Assembly (NCBI GenBank): GCA_037439525.1
Contig: JBBIVW010000005.1
Coordinates: 7,007 to 71,006 of the forward strand
Direction: 5' to 3'
DNA length: 64,000 nt
Source of the DNA: Anaerolineae bacterium
Lineage (GTDB): Bacteria; Chloroflexota; Anaerolineae; Anaerolineales; UBA4823
The notes below the pieces were generated by a model, which saw only the letters and a list, made by a program, of their open reading frames with translations, was not told where the DNA came from and ran no database searches. The position numbers and the translations under genes were made by a program. Of the stretch, positions 24,319 to 33,952 are shown in pieces. Position 1 is the first letter of the stretch. Every line of letters starts with the position of its first letter.

Positions 24319-25257
24319 ATGGAAATGCAAAAGATTTTTTTAGGAAAGACCTCGCTTCAGATTAGCCCGCTTGGCATCGGAACCTGGGCTTGGGGGGACA
24401 AATTCTTTTGGGATTATGGACATGGTTACGGTGAACACGACCTGGAGCAAGCTTTTCGCATCAGTGTCGCTGCTGGGGTGAATTTTTTCGACACCGCAGA
24501 GGCGTATGGTATGGGTCGCTCAGAGCGCATTCTCGGACGGCTGGTGGCTGAGGATAAATCCCTGGTTGTGGCAACGAAGTTTTTTCCTTACCCTTGGCGA
24601 TGGCGCGGCAAAGATCTACTTCGCGCTCTACGCTCCAGCCTGGCACGCTTGAAAATGTCGCAGGTGCATCTTTACCAATTGCATTGGCCTTTTCCACCCG
24701 TCTCCATCGAAACTTGGGCAGAAGCGCTTGCCTGGGCTGCTGAGAGTGGACAAACACTTGCCGTAGGGGTTTCGAACTACAACCGCGAACAAATGCTGCG
24801 CGCCTACGAAGTGCTTCAAAGACATAACCTCCCGCTGGCTTCCAATCAGTTGCCCTACCATCTCCTGGATCGACGCGTCGAGTTCAATGGGCTACTCAAG
24901 ACCTGTCAGGAACTTGGAGTAACTTTGATCGCTTACAGCCCCCTGGCACAGGGGATGTTGAGCGGCAAATACACCTGGCAGAATCCCCCACCCGGGGTGC
25001 GCGGTAGAAGGTATTCACGCTCATATTTGCGCAAGATACAACCACTGATCGAAGGATTGAAGCAAATTGGGGAGGCACTAGGCGGGAAGACGCCCGCTCA
25101 AGTCGCCTTGAATTGGGTCATGGCAAAAGGCGCCGTGCCCATTCCAGGCGCGAAAAATGCGCAACAGGCGCAGGAGAACATTGGTGCGCTTGGCTGGCGC
25201 TTGGACGAAGCGCAGGTTGCGATGTTCGATCAACTGAGCACGCAAGTGCACCGATGA
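24319..25257 (+). CDS. Aldo/keto reductase
   Basis: GIGTWAWG, FFDTAEAYG, LYQLHWP, and AYSPLAQGMLSGKY...IPGAKNAQQAQEN are typical AKR blocks. Confidence 0.9.
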   Translation: MEMQKIFLGKTSLQISPLGIGTWAWGDKFFWDYGHGYGEHDLEQAFRISVAAGVNFFDTAEAYGMGRSERILGRLVAEDKSLVVATKFFPYPWRWRGKDLLRALRSSLARLKMSQVHLYQLHWPFPPVSIETWAEALAWAAESGQTLAVGVSNYNREQMLRAYEVLQRHNLPLASNQLPYHLLDRRVEFNGLLKTCQELGVTLIAYSPLAQGMLSGKYTWQNPPPGVRGRRYSRSYLRKIQPLIEGLKQIGEALGGKTPAQVALNWVMAKGAVPIPGAKNAQQAQENIGALGWRLDEAQVAMFDQLSTQVHR

Positions 25258-25415
25258 CCTAAAAAGGTTTCCCCTAAGCGGGTCATGCAGAAAGCTTTAT
25301 CCCGTTGGAGTGATCTGGCGCGCGTCATCCATGCCTCCAATGAGATGAAAGTGTGTTAATATTGTGGGTGCCCTTTTCCTAAATTGCATCCACTTTAATC
25401 ACATCTGGAGGAATT

Positions 25416-26549
25416 ATGCTAACCGTTGAAAAAGTTGACACCCACCTGAAAGCACAGGTGAAACGTTTTGTTCATCTCCCTTTCCAGTTCTATCAATCCA
25501 CGCCTCAATGGGTGCCGCCCATCTTGATGGACGTCGAAACCATGCTCAATCGTGAGAAGCATCCTTTCTTCGAACATTCGGATGGCGATTTCTTCATTGC
25601 CGTGCGGGATGGCAAAGACGTGGGGAGAATCGGAGTCTTTGAAAACAAGCGCTTCAATCAGTATCATGGAACAAAGTATGCGCACTTCTACTTATTTGAG
25701 TGTGAGAACAACCTGGAAACTGCCCAAGCATTGTTTGAACGCGCCTATGAATGGGCGCATCAGCGTGGCCTGGATACGATGCTGGGTCCAAAAGGAATGG
25801 GTCCCCTGGATGGTTATGGCATGCTCATCGAGGGCTTTGAGCACCGCCAGATGATGACCATGGTGAGTTATAACCATGCTTACCTGCCTTCCTTTATGGA
25901 GCAAATGGGCTTTCAAAAAGAAGTGGATTTTGTCTCTTGTTATCTGCCGCGGGAGAGTTTTCATCTGGATGAGCGCATCCACCGCATTGCCGAACGCGTT
26001 CAACAGCGAGGCACTTTGCAGGTGAAACGCTTCAAGAACAAACGTGAGCTGATCGACTGGTCGCCACGCATTGGCAAGGCTTACAACAACGCCTTTGTCA
26101 ACAATTGGGAGTATTACCCTTTGACCGAGCGAGAGGTCAAGTTCGTCGTGGATAACATCATGACCATAGCAGACCATCGATTGATCAAAATCATCACCCA
26201 TGGCGAAGATGTGGTTGGGTTCTTGTTAGGATTTCCAGATGTCTCGGCGGCGATCCAGCGGTGTAAAGGCAAAATCCTTCCGTTCGGTATCGTGGACATT
26301 CTCATGGAATTGCGCCGTACAGATTGGATCGCGTTGAATGGTGCCGGCATCCTGCCCGAGTTTCAGGGCCGGGGAGGGAACGCCTTGCTGTATTCCGAAA
26401 TGGAAAAGACTGTGCGCTCTCCGGATTTCAATTTCGCGCATGCGGAGATGACCCAGGTGGCAGAAACGGCGGTACAAATGCGCAAAGATTTGATCAACCT
26501 GGGCGGAAAACCGTATAAAAACCACCGCGTGTTCATCAAGAAGATTTGA
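25416..26549 (+). CDS. GNAT-family N-acetyltransferase-like protein
   Basis: The C-terminal half carries the acetyl-CoA motif A, ILPEFQGRGGNALLYSEM (Q/R-x-x-G-x-G/A). The N-terminal half has no motif I recognise. GGAGG RBS. Confidence 0.65.
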   Translation: MLTVEKVDTHLKAQVKRFVHLPFQFYQSTPQWVPPILMDVETMLNREKHPFFEHSDGDFFIAVRDGKDVGRIGVFENKRFNQYHGTKYAHFYLFECENNLETAQALFERAYEWAHQRGLDTMLGPKGMGPLDGYGMLIEGFEHRQMMTMVSYNHAYLPSFMEQMGFQKEVDFVSCYLPRESFHLDERIHRIAERVQQRGTLQVKRFKNKRELIDWSPRIGKAYNNAFVNNWEYYPLTEREVKFVVDNIMTIADHRLIKIITHGEDVVGFLLGFPDVSAAIQRCKGKILPFGIVDILMELRRTDWIALNGAGILPEFQGRGGNALLYSEMEKTVRSPDFNFAHAEMTQVAETAVQMRKDLINLGGKPYKNHRVFIKKI

Positions 26550-26597
26550 TTTCGCCTACGCATTTGACCTCGTCAAGAGCGCAAGATCCGATGCGCG

Positions 26598-27488
26598 GTG
26601 AGCCTTGCCCCAACCTCTCGATTAACCTGGGAGATGTTCTCAAGTAGAACCGCTCAACCCTTAGTGTTGTTCTGTGCCAAAAAGAGGCAGACAAAACGAT
26701 TTTTAAGTCAGCTCGGCGCAACGGATTTCCCGCTGATCTGGATCACTGAACGTGACCAGATCGCCCCTCGCACGCAGGAGGGAGACTTCCACCAATTTGC
26801 GGAACCGACTGTCGGTTCGAAGGCATTGCTTGTGGATCAAATCACCCTCTGGCAACCCGCGTTGACCTTCTTTGATTTGGATCACCATGCGCTGCCCTGG
26901 CAGGAGTGGATGCCTTTGCTGAAGTCCGTCCCTGCCAGCCGTCGGTTCCCGGTGATTGCCTTTGCGAACCGATGTGATGCTCGAATATCCGCATTAGGCC
27001 ATCGCTATGGCGCGGATGACGTGCTCTCCTGGAAAGAAGTAAGCGCTCACGCGGCGCGCATCGTGAAGGAATATGCCCGCGTGCCCGATTTTTCTGCAAT
27101 TGAAGCTTTTTGTCAACGACCTTTGTCTCCATATGCCGAGAAAGGCATCGCATTGTTCAACCGCGGCTTGTATTTTGAGGCGCATGAGGCGCTCGAAGAA
27201 GCCCTGAAACTAGAGACCTCTACACAAGGTGAACTATATCGGGCGATCTTACAGGTCGCGGTGGCTTATTTGCAGATCAGGCGCAAGAACTATAGAGGCG
27301 CGCTGAAGATGTTTATGCGCCTCAGGCAGTGGTTGTACCCGCTTCCTGAGCGTTGTCAGGGCGTGGATGTGGCTGCTCTACGCATGGATGTGGCGCAGGC
27401 TTATCGTCATCTGCGCGCTTTAGGAGCAGAGCGCATGGATGCATTCGACCTGGAATTATTACGCCCAGTAAGGCTTTTGACTGATTGA
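26598..27488 (+). CDS. DUF309-domain protein with receiver-like N-terminal region
   Basis: C-terminus reads GIALFNRGLYFEAHEALEEALK...YRAILQVAVAYLQIRRKNYRGALKMF (DUF309 signature). The N-terminal ~150 aa have a CheY-like alternation (VLFCAKK..., FFDLDHHALPWQEWMPLLK, PVIAFAN..., GADDVLSW), but the assignment is weak. The start is uncertain (GTG at 26598 or ATG at 26634). Confidence 0.55.
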   Translation: MSLAPTSRLTWEMFSSRTAQPLVLFCAKKRQTKRFLSQLGATDFPLIWITERDQIAPRTQEGDFHQFAEPTVGSKALLVDQITLWQPALTFFDLDHHALPWQEWMPLLKSVPASRRFPVIAFANRCDARISALGHRYGADDVLSWKEVSAHAARIVKEYARVPDFSAIEAFCQRPLSPYAEKGIALFNRGLYFEAHEALEEALKLETSTQGELYRAILQVAVAYLQIRRKNYRGALKMFMRLRQWLYPLPERCQGVDVAALRMDVAQAYRHLRALGAERMDAFDLELLRPVRLLTD

Positions 27489-27539
27489 ATTGCTCCGGCT
27501 ACCTTGTTGTGGACCTCTCTATCAACCTTGGGCGGTGAT

Positions 27540-28445
27540 ATGCTTGTCGATGATGTATTCGTGAGTCGAGGCATTCAACTCCCCTCTGCCTTGACCGTTC
27601 CGCAAGCCTGGGAGGAAGCCCTGCCTCATAACATGGAAGGAACAGTATTGGTGGTTGGGGGAACGGATGTGGGCAAGTCCACCTTGGCGCGTTTTCTATA
27701 CCAGAAGTGGAAGGCTTCGGGGAGAAAGGTGGCACTTTTAGATGGCGATCCGGGGCAAAGTTCCTTAGGTCCACCGGCAACGCTCACACTGTTCTTCGAA
27801 GAGCAGGCGGGTGAGGAGGAAAAACGCGCCGCAGTGCGTTATTTTATCGGTTCAACAACGCCGCGCGGTCATATGCTTCCCATTTTGATTGGGAGTGCAT
27901 ACTTAATCAATCTAGCGAAAGAGCGCAACATTCCGATGGTGCTTTATGACACTTCGGGATTAGTGGACGCCGCGCAGGGTGGGCTGGCGTTGAAGCTGGC
28001 AAAGGTGGAACTGCATCGCCCTCAATGGGTGATCGCCATTCAGCGCGAAGAGGAATTAGTGCCTTTGATCCTACCGCTCCAACGGAGCGGCCGAACCAGG
28101 GTGATTGTTTTGAAACCTGCCCCATCCGTGGTGGTGCGCTCACCTCAGGAAAGGCGTGCCCATCGGCAACAAAGCTTTGCGAAGTATTTTCAAAACACTA
28201 AATCATTGCGTGTACATTGGACGGAATTCGCCATCTTTCCCCTTCCCTGGTTTCGTTTACATGGATTACTTGCCTTTGAAGATCGGGACGGGTCTTGTCT
28301 GGCTTTGGGAATCATCACCGAGGTGGATCGAGTGAAGCGCATCATCCAGGTGCAGACCCCCTTGCATTCTTTGGATGCAGTTGCCGCGCTGCGCTTGGGG
28401 AGATTGCTGGTCGACCCCAACAGTTACGAAGATCAACAGATATAA
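27540..28445 (+). CDS. Clp1/Grc3/Nol9-type P-loop protein (putative polynucleotide 5'-hydroxyl kinase)
   Basis: VLVVGGTDVGKSTLARFLYQKW...VALLDGDPGQSSLGPPATLTL matches the Clp1 P-loop plus the DxDxGQ 'clasp'. It is followed by LYDTSGLVD...HRPQWVIAIQRE. The start is uncertain (ATG at 27540 or TTG at 27504). Confidence 0.65.
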   Translation: MLVDDVFVSRGIQLPSALTVPQAWEEALPHNMEGTVLVVGGTDVGKSTLARFLYQKWKASGRKVALLDGDPGQSSLGPPATLTLFFEEQAGEEEKRAAVRYFIGSTTPRGHMLPILIGSAYLINLAKERNIPMVLYDTSGLVDAAQGGLALKLAKVELHRPQWVIAIQREEELVPLILPLQRSGRTRVIVLKPAPSVVVRSPQERRAHRQQSFAKYFQNTKSLRVHWTEFAIFPLPWFRLHGLLAFEDRDGSCLALGIITEVDRVKRIIQVQTPLHSLDAVAALRLGRLLVDPNSYEDQQI

Positions 28446-28486
28446 TGTCATCATAAAAACTGACGAAAAACCACGAGGAGAATGTC

Positions 28487-28999
28487 ATGGAATACATGGA
28501 GCTGATTCGCAAACGATATAGCGTGCGGGCATATAAGTCAGATGAAGTAGAGCCAGAGAAACTGGAAATGATCTTGGAGGCAGCCAGGTTAGCCCCTACC
28601 GCCGCTAATCGCCAGCCATTTCAAATCATTGTCATCCATACGCGCGGGCGCGAGGAAGAGCTGTTGCGTATTTACTCTAAGGAATGGTTCGTCCAGGCGC
28701 CGTTGATCATCTGTGCGTGTGGCGTGCCGCGCACTGCCTGGGTGCGCTCGGAAGATCAGCGCCGCTACCTGGATGTAGATGTGGCAATCGTCATGGATCA
28801 TCTCATCCTGGCAGCCACAGATTTGGGGTTGGGCACCTGCTGGATCGCGGCATTTAACGCCCAGGCAGCGCGCGAAATTTTAAAGCTGCCCAAAGGGATC
28901 GAGCCGCTCATCTTTACCCCATTAGGTTACCCGGCGGATCAACCCACTGAAAAAGAGCGCAAACCATTATCTGAACTTGTGCGTTACGAACATTGGTAA
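28487..28999 (+). CDS. Nitroreductase-family (FMN-dependent) oxidoreductase
   Basis: LIRKRYSVRAYKSDEVEPEKLEMILEAARLAPTAANRQPFQIIVI...LGLGTCWIAAF is the canonical nitroreductase fold signature. Confidence 0.85.
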   Translation: MEYMELIRKRYSVRAYKSDEVEPEKLEMILEAARLAPTAANRQPFQIIVIHTRGREEELLRIYSKEWFVQAPLIICACGVPRTAWVRSEDQRRYLDVDVAIVMDHLILAATDLGLGTCWIAAFNAQAAREILKLPKGIEPLIFTPLGYPADQPTEKERKPLSELVRYEHW

Positions 29000-29005
29000 A
29001 ATAAT

Positions 29006-29051
29006 AGAGCATAGATCCGAGTTTGTGCTCCTTTATCCTCATCTATGCTCT
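29006..29051 (+). terminator. 11-bp perfect inverted repeat downstream of the nitroreductase gene (possible terminator or binding site)
   Basis: AGAGCATAGAT (29006-29016) and ATCTATGCTCT (29041-29051) are separated by 24 nt. No T-run follows, so a terminator role is uncertain. Confidence 0.3.
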
Positions 29052-29163
29052 GCGTATCGGCTTGAAGAGGTGCCGCTCGGACGGTCACTGCGCGTCAGTT
29101 GACCCAAGCGCGATCCACATGCACACCGATTTTTATTGAGAAAGGGTATTCAGGAGATTCGCT

Positions 29164-30672
29164 ATGAATGTTATTGTGGAACAAGGTAGTATTGAGAAGA
29201 CCACCGCAGATACGATGATTGTCAACCTGTTTGAAGGCACCCCAGAACCCGGTGGGGCGACAGGCGCGGTGGATCAGGCGCTCCATGGGGCGATTCGCGA
29301 ATTGATTTCCAACGGAGACTTCAAAGGCAAACAAAAGGAAATGGTGGTGCTGTATCCGCGCGGTGCTCTGCCTGCTAAGCGGGTAATACTGCTGGGTTTG
29401 GGCAAGCGCGAGAAGTTCGATGTAGAAGTCATCCGCCAGGTAGCTTCGGCTGGCATCCGTCGCGCCAGGGAGCTGAATGCACAAAGCGTGGCCACAGTGG
29501 TGCATGGAGGCGGGGAAGGAGGCGTTTCGCCCGAATTGGCTGCCCAGGCAACCGTTGAAGGATCCATTCTAGGCTTATATCGTTATGACGCGCTTCAAAA
29601 TGCGGAAGAGCGGCCTAAAGATCCGCAGGAATTGCGCCTGGTGGAATTCGCTACAGAAAAAATTGAGAGCGTACGCCAAGGGGCGCAACTTGCTGAAAGG
29701 ATTTGTCAGGGCGTGCAGTTGGCGCGCGACCTGGTAAACATGCCGCCAAACATGGCCACGCCCAAGAAAATGGCCGAAGTAGCCGCCCAGATTGCCGATG
29801 ACCATCACATGAACGTTTTTGTGGGTGATCGCCAATGGGCAGAAAGCCAAAAGATGGGCGCCTTTCTGGCTGTAGCCAAAGGCGCTGGGGAGGAGCCTCA
29901 ATTTATCGTTTTGGAACATGCACCCTCCCAATCTAATCTTGGGACGTTGGTAATCATTGGAAAGGGGATCACCTTCGATACAGGCGGTATCTCCCTGAAG
30001 CCTGGCGAGAAGATGGAGGAAATGAAATGTGACATGGCCGGGGCTGCGGCTGTGTTGGGGGCGATGAAGGTGGTCGGCCTTCTAAACCTGCCATTGCATG
30101 TGGTGTGCTTGGCTCCTTGCACCGAGAACATGCCGGATGCCAGCGCGTATCACCCGGCAGATGTGATCTTCGCCAGCAATGGCAAAAGCATTGAAATCAT
30201 CAGCACCGATGCAGAAGGGCGTTTGATCCTCGCGGATGCATTGGTGTATGCCCATCGCTACCAGCCTAAAGCCGTGGTCAACCTGGCAACTCTAACGGGT
30301 GCATGTGTCATCGCATTGGGTGCGAATGTCGCCGCCGGCTTGTTTAGCAATGACGATGCCTTGCGGCAAAAATTGCTGGATAGTGCGGAAATCACCCACG
30401 AGCGTCTCTGGCCTCTTCCTCTGTACGAAGATTACAGTCGAAAGATAAAATCGGACGTCGCGGATATCAAAAACAGCGGTGGGCGCAATGGAGGTGTAGG
30501 GACTTCGGCAGCTTTTCTTAAGGAGTTCGTTTCCTATCCATGGGCGCATATCGACATGGCCGGTATGGCGTTAAGCGATAAGGACGAAGGTTACATTCAG
30601 AAAGGTGGAACGGGTTTTGGAGTTCGGTTATTGGTGCAGCTCCTGTTGAATTGGACGAAGTCAGCCTCCTGA
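29164..30672 (+). CDS. pepA: Leucyl aminopeptidase (M17)
   Basis: VIIGKGITFDTGGISLKP, MKCDMAGAAAV, and ISTDAEGRLILADAL (NTDAEGRL motif). Confidence 0.92.
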   Translation: MNVIVEQGSIEKTTADTMIVNLFEGTPEPGGATGAVDQALHGAIRELISNGDFKGKQKEMVVLYPRGALPAKRVILLGLGKREKFDVEVIRQVASAGIRRARELNAQSVATVVHGGGEGGVSPELAAQATVEGSILGLYRYDALQNAEERPKDPQELRLVEFATEKIESVRQGAQLAERICQGVQLARDLVNMPPNMATPKKMAEVAAQIADDHHMNVFVGDRQWAESQKMGAFLAVAKGAGEEPQFIVLEHAPSQSNLGTLVIIGKGITFDTGGISLKPGEKMEEMKCDMAGAAAVLGAMKVVGLLNLPLHVVCLAPCTENMPDASAYHPADVIFASNGKSIEIISTDAEGRLILADALVYAHRYQPKAVVNLATLTGACVIALGANVAAGLFSNDDALRQKLLDSAEITHERLWPLPLYEDYSRKIKSDVADIKNSGGRNGGVGTSAAFLKEFVSYPWAHIDMAGMALSDKDEGYIQKGGTGFGVRLLVQLLLNWTKSAS

Positions 30673-30676
30673 GGCA

Positions 30677-31441
30677 ATGCCACCACGGTACCCTCTTCCC
30701 TGGAACGAGCTGCCTGCTTGGCTGGTTGACCTCTTTTTGATGCGTCAACGCTCCTTCGCGCAGGATGCACGTCGATGTGTGGAAGTCCTCTCCCCCCCTT
30801 GTATCGTAACGGGTTTACAAAATATCCCTGAGCAAGGGGGGTTTGTTATGACGGTAAACCATTATTCACGGCCTGGGTTTCGCGCCTGGTGGTTGGCGCT
30901 TGCGGCCAGTGCTTACCTGCCCGGTGAAGTGCGCTGGATTATGACCAACGCCTGGCGCTTCACCGATTCTCTGCGTCATCGGCTGTTCACCCCGCTTACA
31001 CGCCGGGTTTTTATCAGGATTGCGCACATGTATCAATTTTTCCTCATGCCTCCAATGCCGCCTCAACGCGGTGAAGAGCAGCAACGCGCCACCAGTGTAC
31101 GTCAGGTGTTAAGTTATGTGAAGGTTCACCCCGATGCGGTGATTGGTCTGGCTCCGGAAGGGCAGGATCACCCAGGCGGTCAGTTGCACCTCCCCCCAAG
31201 CGGTGTCGGGCGATTTATCGCCAAACTCGTAGAATTGGGGCTGATGATCCTTCCTGTGGGATTCTATGAAGAAGGTGAACATGCATGCCTTCATTTTGGA
31301 GCCCCCTATACTTTATGCGCCTCGGGGAAATCCTTAAAGAAAGAGGATGAATTATTCGTTGCTCGTAAAGTAATGCAACACATCGCTGCCTGCCTGCCGA
31401 GCAATTTGCGCGGCGAATTTGATCACGGAGGGATGTCATGA
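30677..31441 (+). CDS. Divergent PlsC/LPLAT-like acyltransferase (tentative)
   Basis: VMTVNHYSRPGFRAWW resembles acyltransferase motif I (NHxxxxD) but has Gly in place of Asp. GLAPEGQD resembles motif III. Its stop overlaps the MFS start (ATGA). Confidence 0.4.
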   Translation: MPPRYPLPWNELPAWLVDLFLMRQRSFAQDARRCVEVLSPPCIVTGLQNIPEQGGFVMTVNHYSRPGFRAWWLALAASAYLPGEVRWIMTNAWRFTDSLRHRLFTPLTRRVFIRIAHMYQFFLMPPMPPQRGEEQQRATSVRQVLSYVKVHPDAVIGLAPEGQDHPGGQLHLPPSGVGRFIAKLVELGLMILPVGFYEEGEHACLHFGAPYTLCASGKSLKKEDELFVARKVMQHIAACLPSNLRGEFDHGGMS

Positions 31442-32715
31442 AACCCATCAGTATCTCTAAAATCCTTGCTCTGAATGCGTATTGGTTTGGGTTGTCTTTT
31501 ATGTGGAACGGATTACATGTGCTCATCCTGCCAGCCGTGCTGCTTCATCTGGTGCCGGAAGCACAAAAGAACACCTATTTGGGCTTGCTCACCTTTTTCG
31601 GTTTGATCATTGCTATGGTGGTGCAGCCGTTCTCTGGTGGCTTGAGTGACCGTTGGGCTTCGGCATGGGGGCGCCGTCGGCCATTGATTGCCTTGGGCAC
31701 CCTGGTTGACTTCGTATTCCTGGCCATTTTAGGTTGGTCGGGAGGATTGGGGTGGATCGCTTTGGGATATCTCGGCTTGCAGTTCAGCTCGAACATCGCC
31801 CATGGTCCAGCGCAAGGGCTGCTCCCCGACCAGGTGCCGGACAAACAGATGGGATTAGCCAGCGGCATCAAGAATTTGATCGACATGAGCGGTTTGGTCG
31901 TTTCTTCTCTGCTTTTAGGGAACATTTTTCGTGCCGAGACACGCCATCCAATAGGGGTTTTAGCGCTCATTGCGGGTGTTTTGGCAGCAGGTGCATTGAT
32001 TACCCTGTTTGGGGTGAAGGAGTCCGACTCGCGCAATGCGCCTCCTTCAACACGTTACCTGCCATGGTGGAGGACGATTATCTCGGATGCGCGGAGACAT
32101 ACCGAATTTTTTCGCCTGATCGCTTCCCGGTTGTTTTATTTGATTGGCATCTATGGAGTGCAAACCTTTGCCCAGTATTACGTGCGCGATGTGCTCGCTG
32201 TGGAGAACGCAGTGCAACTGACGGGCAACCTTTTAGCCGTGATCACCCTTACGATTTTAGTCTTTGTGCTTGCCGGGGGTTGGCTGGGTGACCGCATAGG
32301 AAACAGGCGCATCTCTTTTATTGCCAGTGGGATTGGGTGTATTGGCTTTTTACTCCTCCTGCTGGTACGCACTCCGACTCAATTGCTCTTTTTTGGTAGT
32401 GTATTAGGGGTGGGGATTGGCTTATTCCTCACTTCCAACTGGGCGCTGGCAAACAAGCTTGCTCCATCAGGTGAGGAAGGGAAATTCCTGGGGCTGACCA
32501 ACCTGGCAACGGCTGGAGCCGCAGCCATTGGCCGGCTCGAAGGGCCGATGATCGACATCCTTAACGCTTTGCGCCCAAATGCCTGGTGGGGTTATTTCAG
32601 CATCTTTATCTTAGGAGCGTTATGTGTGTTGGTTAGCGCATATCTTCTGCGCCGCGTTCCTGAAGAAAGGAGCCTCGCCGTGCCTGCCTTGGGAGGTCAG
32701 GGCAGTTCCCAATAG
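31438..32715 (+). CDS. MFS transporter (GPH-like loop motif)
   Basis: About 12 predicted TM segments. The loop 2-3 motif GGLSDRWASAWGRRRP resembles the D-R-x-x-x-x-G-R-R-R-P motif of GPH/MFS symporters. Confidence 0.8.
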   Translation: MKPISISKILALNAYWFGLSFMWNGLHVLILPAVLLHLVPEAQKNTYLGLLTFFGLIIAMVVQPFSGGLSDRWASAWGRRRPLIALGTLVDFVFLAILGWSGGLGWIALGYLGLQFSSNIAHGPAQGLLPDQVPDKQMGLASGIKNLIDMSGLVVSSLLLGNIFRAETRHPIGVLALIAGVLAAGALITLFGVKESDSRNAPPSTRYLPWWRTIISDARRHTEFFRLIASRLFYLIGIYGVQTFAQYYVRDVLAVENAVQLTGNLLAVITLTILVFVLAGGWLGDRIGNRRISFIASGIGCIGFLLLLLVRTPTQLLFFGSVLGVGIGLFLTSNWALANKLAPSGEEGKFLGLTNLATAGAAAIGRLEGPMIDILNALRPNAWWGYFSIFILGALCVLVSAYLLRRVPEERSLAVPALGGQGSSQ

Positions 32716-33632
32716 GCGACCTTTTCGATCTTGACGGTGAAGTTCGGGGTAGTGAACGCGCCAACAAAGAGGCCGAACGCACCTTGAAGAGAAGTTTCGT
32801 CGCTTATTTCACCCAGAAGATGACCATTGGCGTATAAACTGATTTTTGCGCCCTCTGCTAAGAATCCCAATCGGTTGGTCTGGTCTTTGCCTGCCAGGAT
32901 GAATTCGCTGAATGTCCAGCCGATCAACGCGCGAAAACTGTTCCCATTCCAATAGCGTAGCGCGTACTTGCCATCGCAAGTAAAACCGAACAGGTAGGCA
33001 TGCATGGGGTCGGAGGCGCGCGCCAACAGGCCATAGCGATCTGCGCCGCTACATTCTCCAAGTGTGGCCGTCACTTCGAGGTAGAAATCGGTGAGAAAGG
33101 GCCAGGAGAGCATCCACGCCTCATACTTATCGGGATTGAGCGCTTTCATGTAAAGCGCCTCATCTGCCAGTCGCATCTCTACATGATCGTCGGTGTAAAT
33201 TGGCCAATTCGTGGTGTCTTGGAAATTGTCTTCCCAATCGGGCGCCCCTAACCGCACAGCGGGGTCTTCTGCGGAAAGGTCGGGTGAGGGGGATGGAGAA
33301 AGCGTTGCCGTCGGTGTGGGTGTATCGGTAAGCAGCGGTGTGCGCGTCGGCATGGGCGTTGAAGTAGGCGGGAAGGTCTCCGTGGGTGTTGTCCCATTGG
33401 TCGGTTGGAGGGTGCTTTCAGCAGTCTGGCTTATCGCGGTGCTACCCTCCGGTTGAGAGATAGCCGTAAGCTGCGCGGCAATGGTTTGCGCTGCGGCTGT
33501 ATATGCTGCGCCTGTGTCCGGGGTGGAGGTGATGGTTGGCTCTAAAGGTAAGTTGCAGCTTGGGCTTAGGAAAATGATGAACATGAACGCGGCAGGAAGG
33601 TATCGCTTTGATTTCTGCATAAGTTTCTCCAC
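32697..33632 (-). CDS. Secreted protein: signal peptide + Thr/Pro-rich linker + ConA/LamG-like beta-sandwich domain (tentative)
   Basis: N-terminal YLPAAFMFIIFLSPSC, a long TP-rich region (PTSTPMPTRTPLLTDTPTPTATLSPSPSP), and a C-terminal ~190 aa with beta-rich periodicity (YLEVTATLGECSGADRYGLLAR...ISLYANGHLLGEI...FGLFVGAF). Confidence 0.55.
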   Translation of the reverse strand: MEKLMQKSKRYLPAAFMFIIFLSPSCNLPLEPTITSTPDTGAAYTAAAQTIAAQLTAISQPEGSTAISQTAESTLQPTNGTTPTETFPPTSTPMPTRTPLLTDTPTPTATLSPSPSPDLSAEDPAVRLGAPDWEDNFQDTTNWPIYTDDHVEMRLADEALYMKALNPDKYEAWMLSWPFLTDFYLEVTATLGECSGADRYGLLARASDPMHAYLFGFTCDGKYALRYWNGNSFRALIGWTFSEFILAGKDQTNRLGFLAEGAKISLYANGHLLGEISDETSLQGAFGLFVGAFTTPNFTVKIEKVAYWELP

Positions 33633-33708
33633 AAATCGTCAGCTGTTGTGCTACAATAATAACCGAGAACGATGAAGTTGTCATCGAATTTCATATAGAG
33701 GTTATCTC

Positions 33709-33933
33709 ATGCCTATATACGAATATCGCTGTGTGGATTGCGGCACACGGTTTGAGGTGCTGCGCAGCATCCAAGAAGCCGACGAACCGATCGCCTGTCA
33801 ACAATGCCATAGCGCACACACCAATCGGGTGTTATCGGTATTCTTCGCGCAAAGCGATGGACGGGCAGTCACCGCCAGCGGCTCGACCTGTGCCACATGT
33901 CATTCGAACTCATGTGCTACCTGCAGGGGTTAG
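33709..33933 (+). CDS. FmdB-family zinc-ribbon protein
   Basis: [35 protein letters not shown] is the CxxC...CxxC FmdB signature. The tail is Cys-rich. Confidence 0.8.
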   Translation: MPIYEYRCVDCGTRFEVLRSIQEADEPIACQQCHSAHTNRVLSVFFAQSDGRAVTASGSTCATCHSNSCATCRG

Positions 33934-33952
33934 AGATCAATAGGGCTTGTCC

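Noticed and set aside
30677-32715. Acyltransferase + MFS pair as an LplT/Aas-like lysophospholipid recycling module
   Set aside because: The MFS protein carries a GPH-type DRW...GRRRP loop rather than features I associate with LplT. The acyltransferase motif I is degenerate (NHxxxxG). Translational coupling (ATGA) is noted, but the functional analogy is unsupported.
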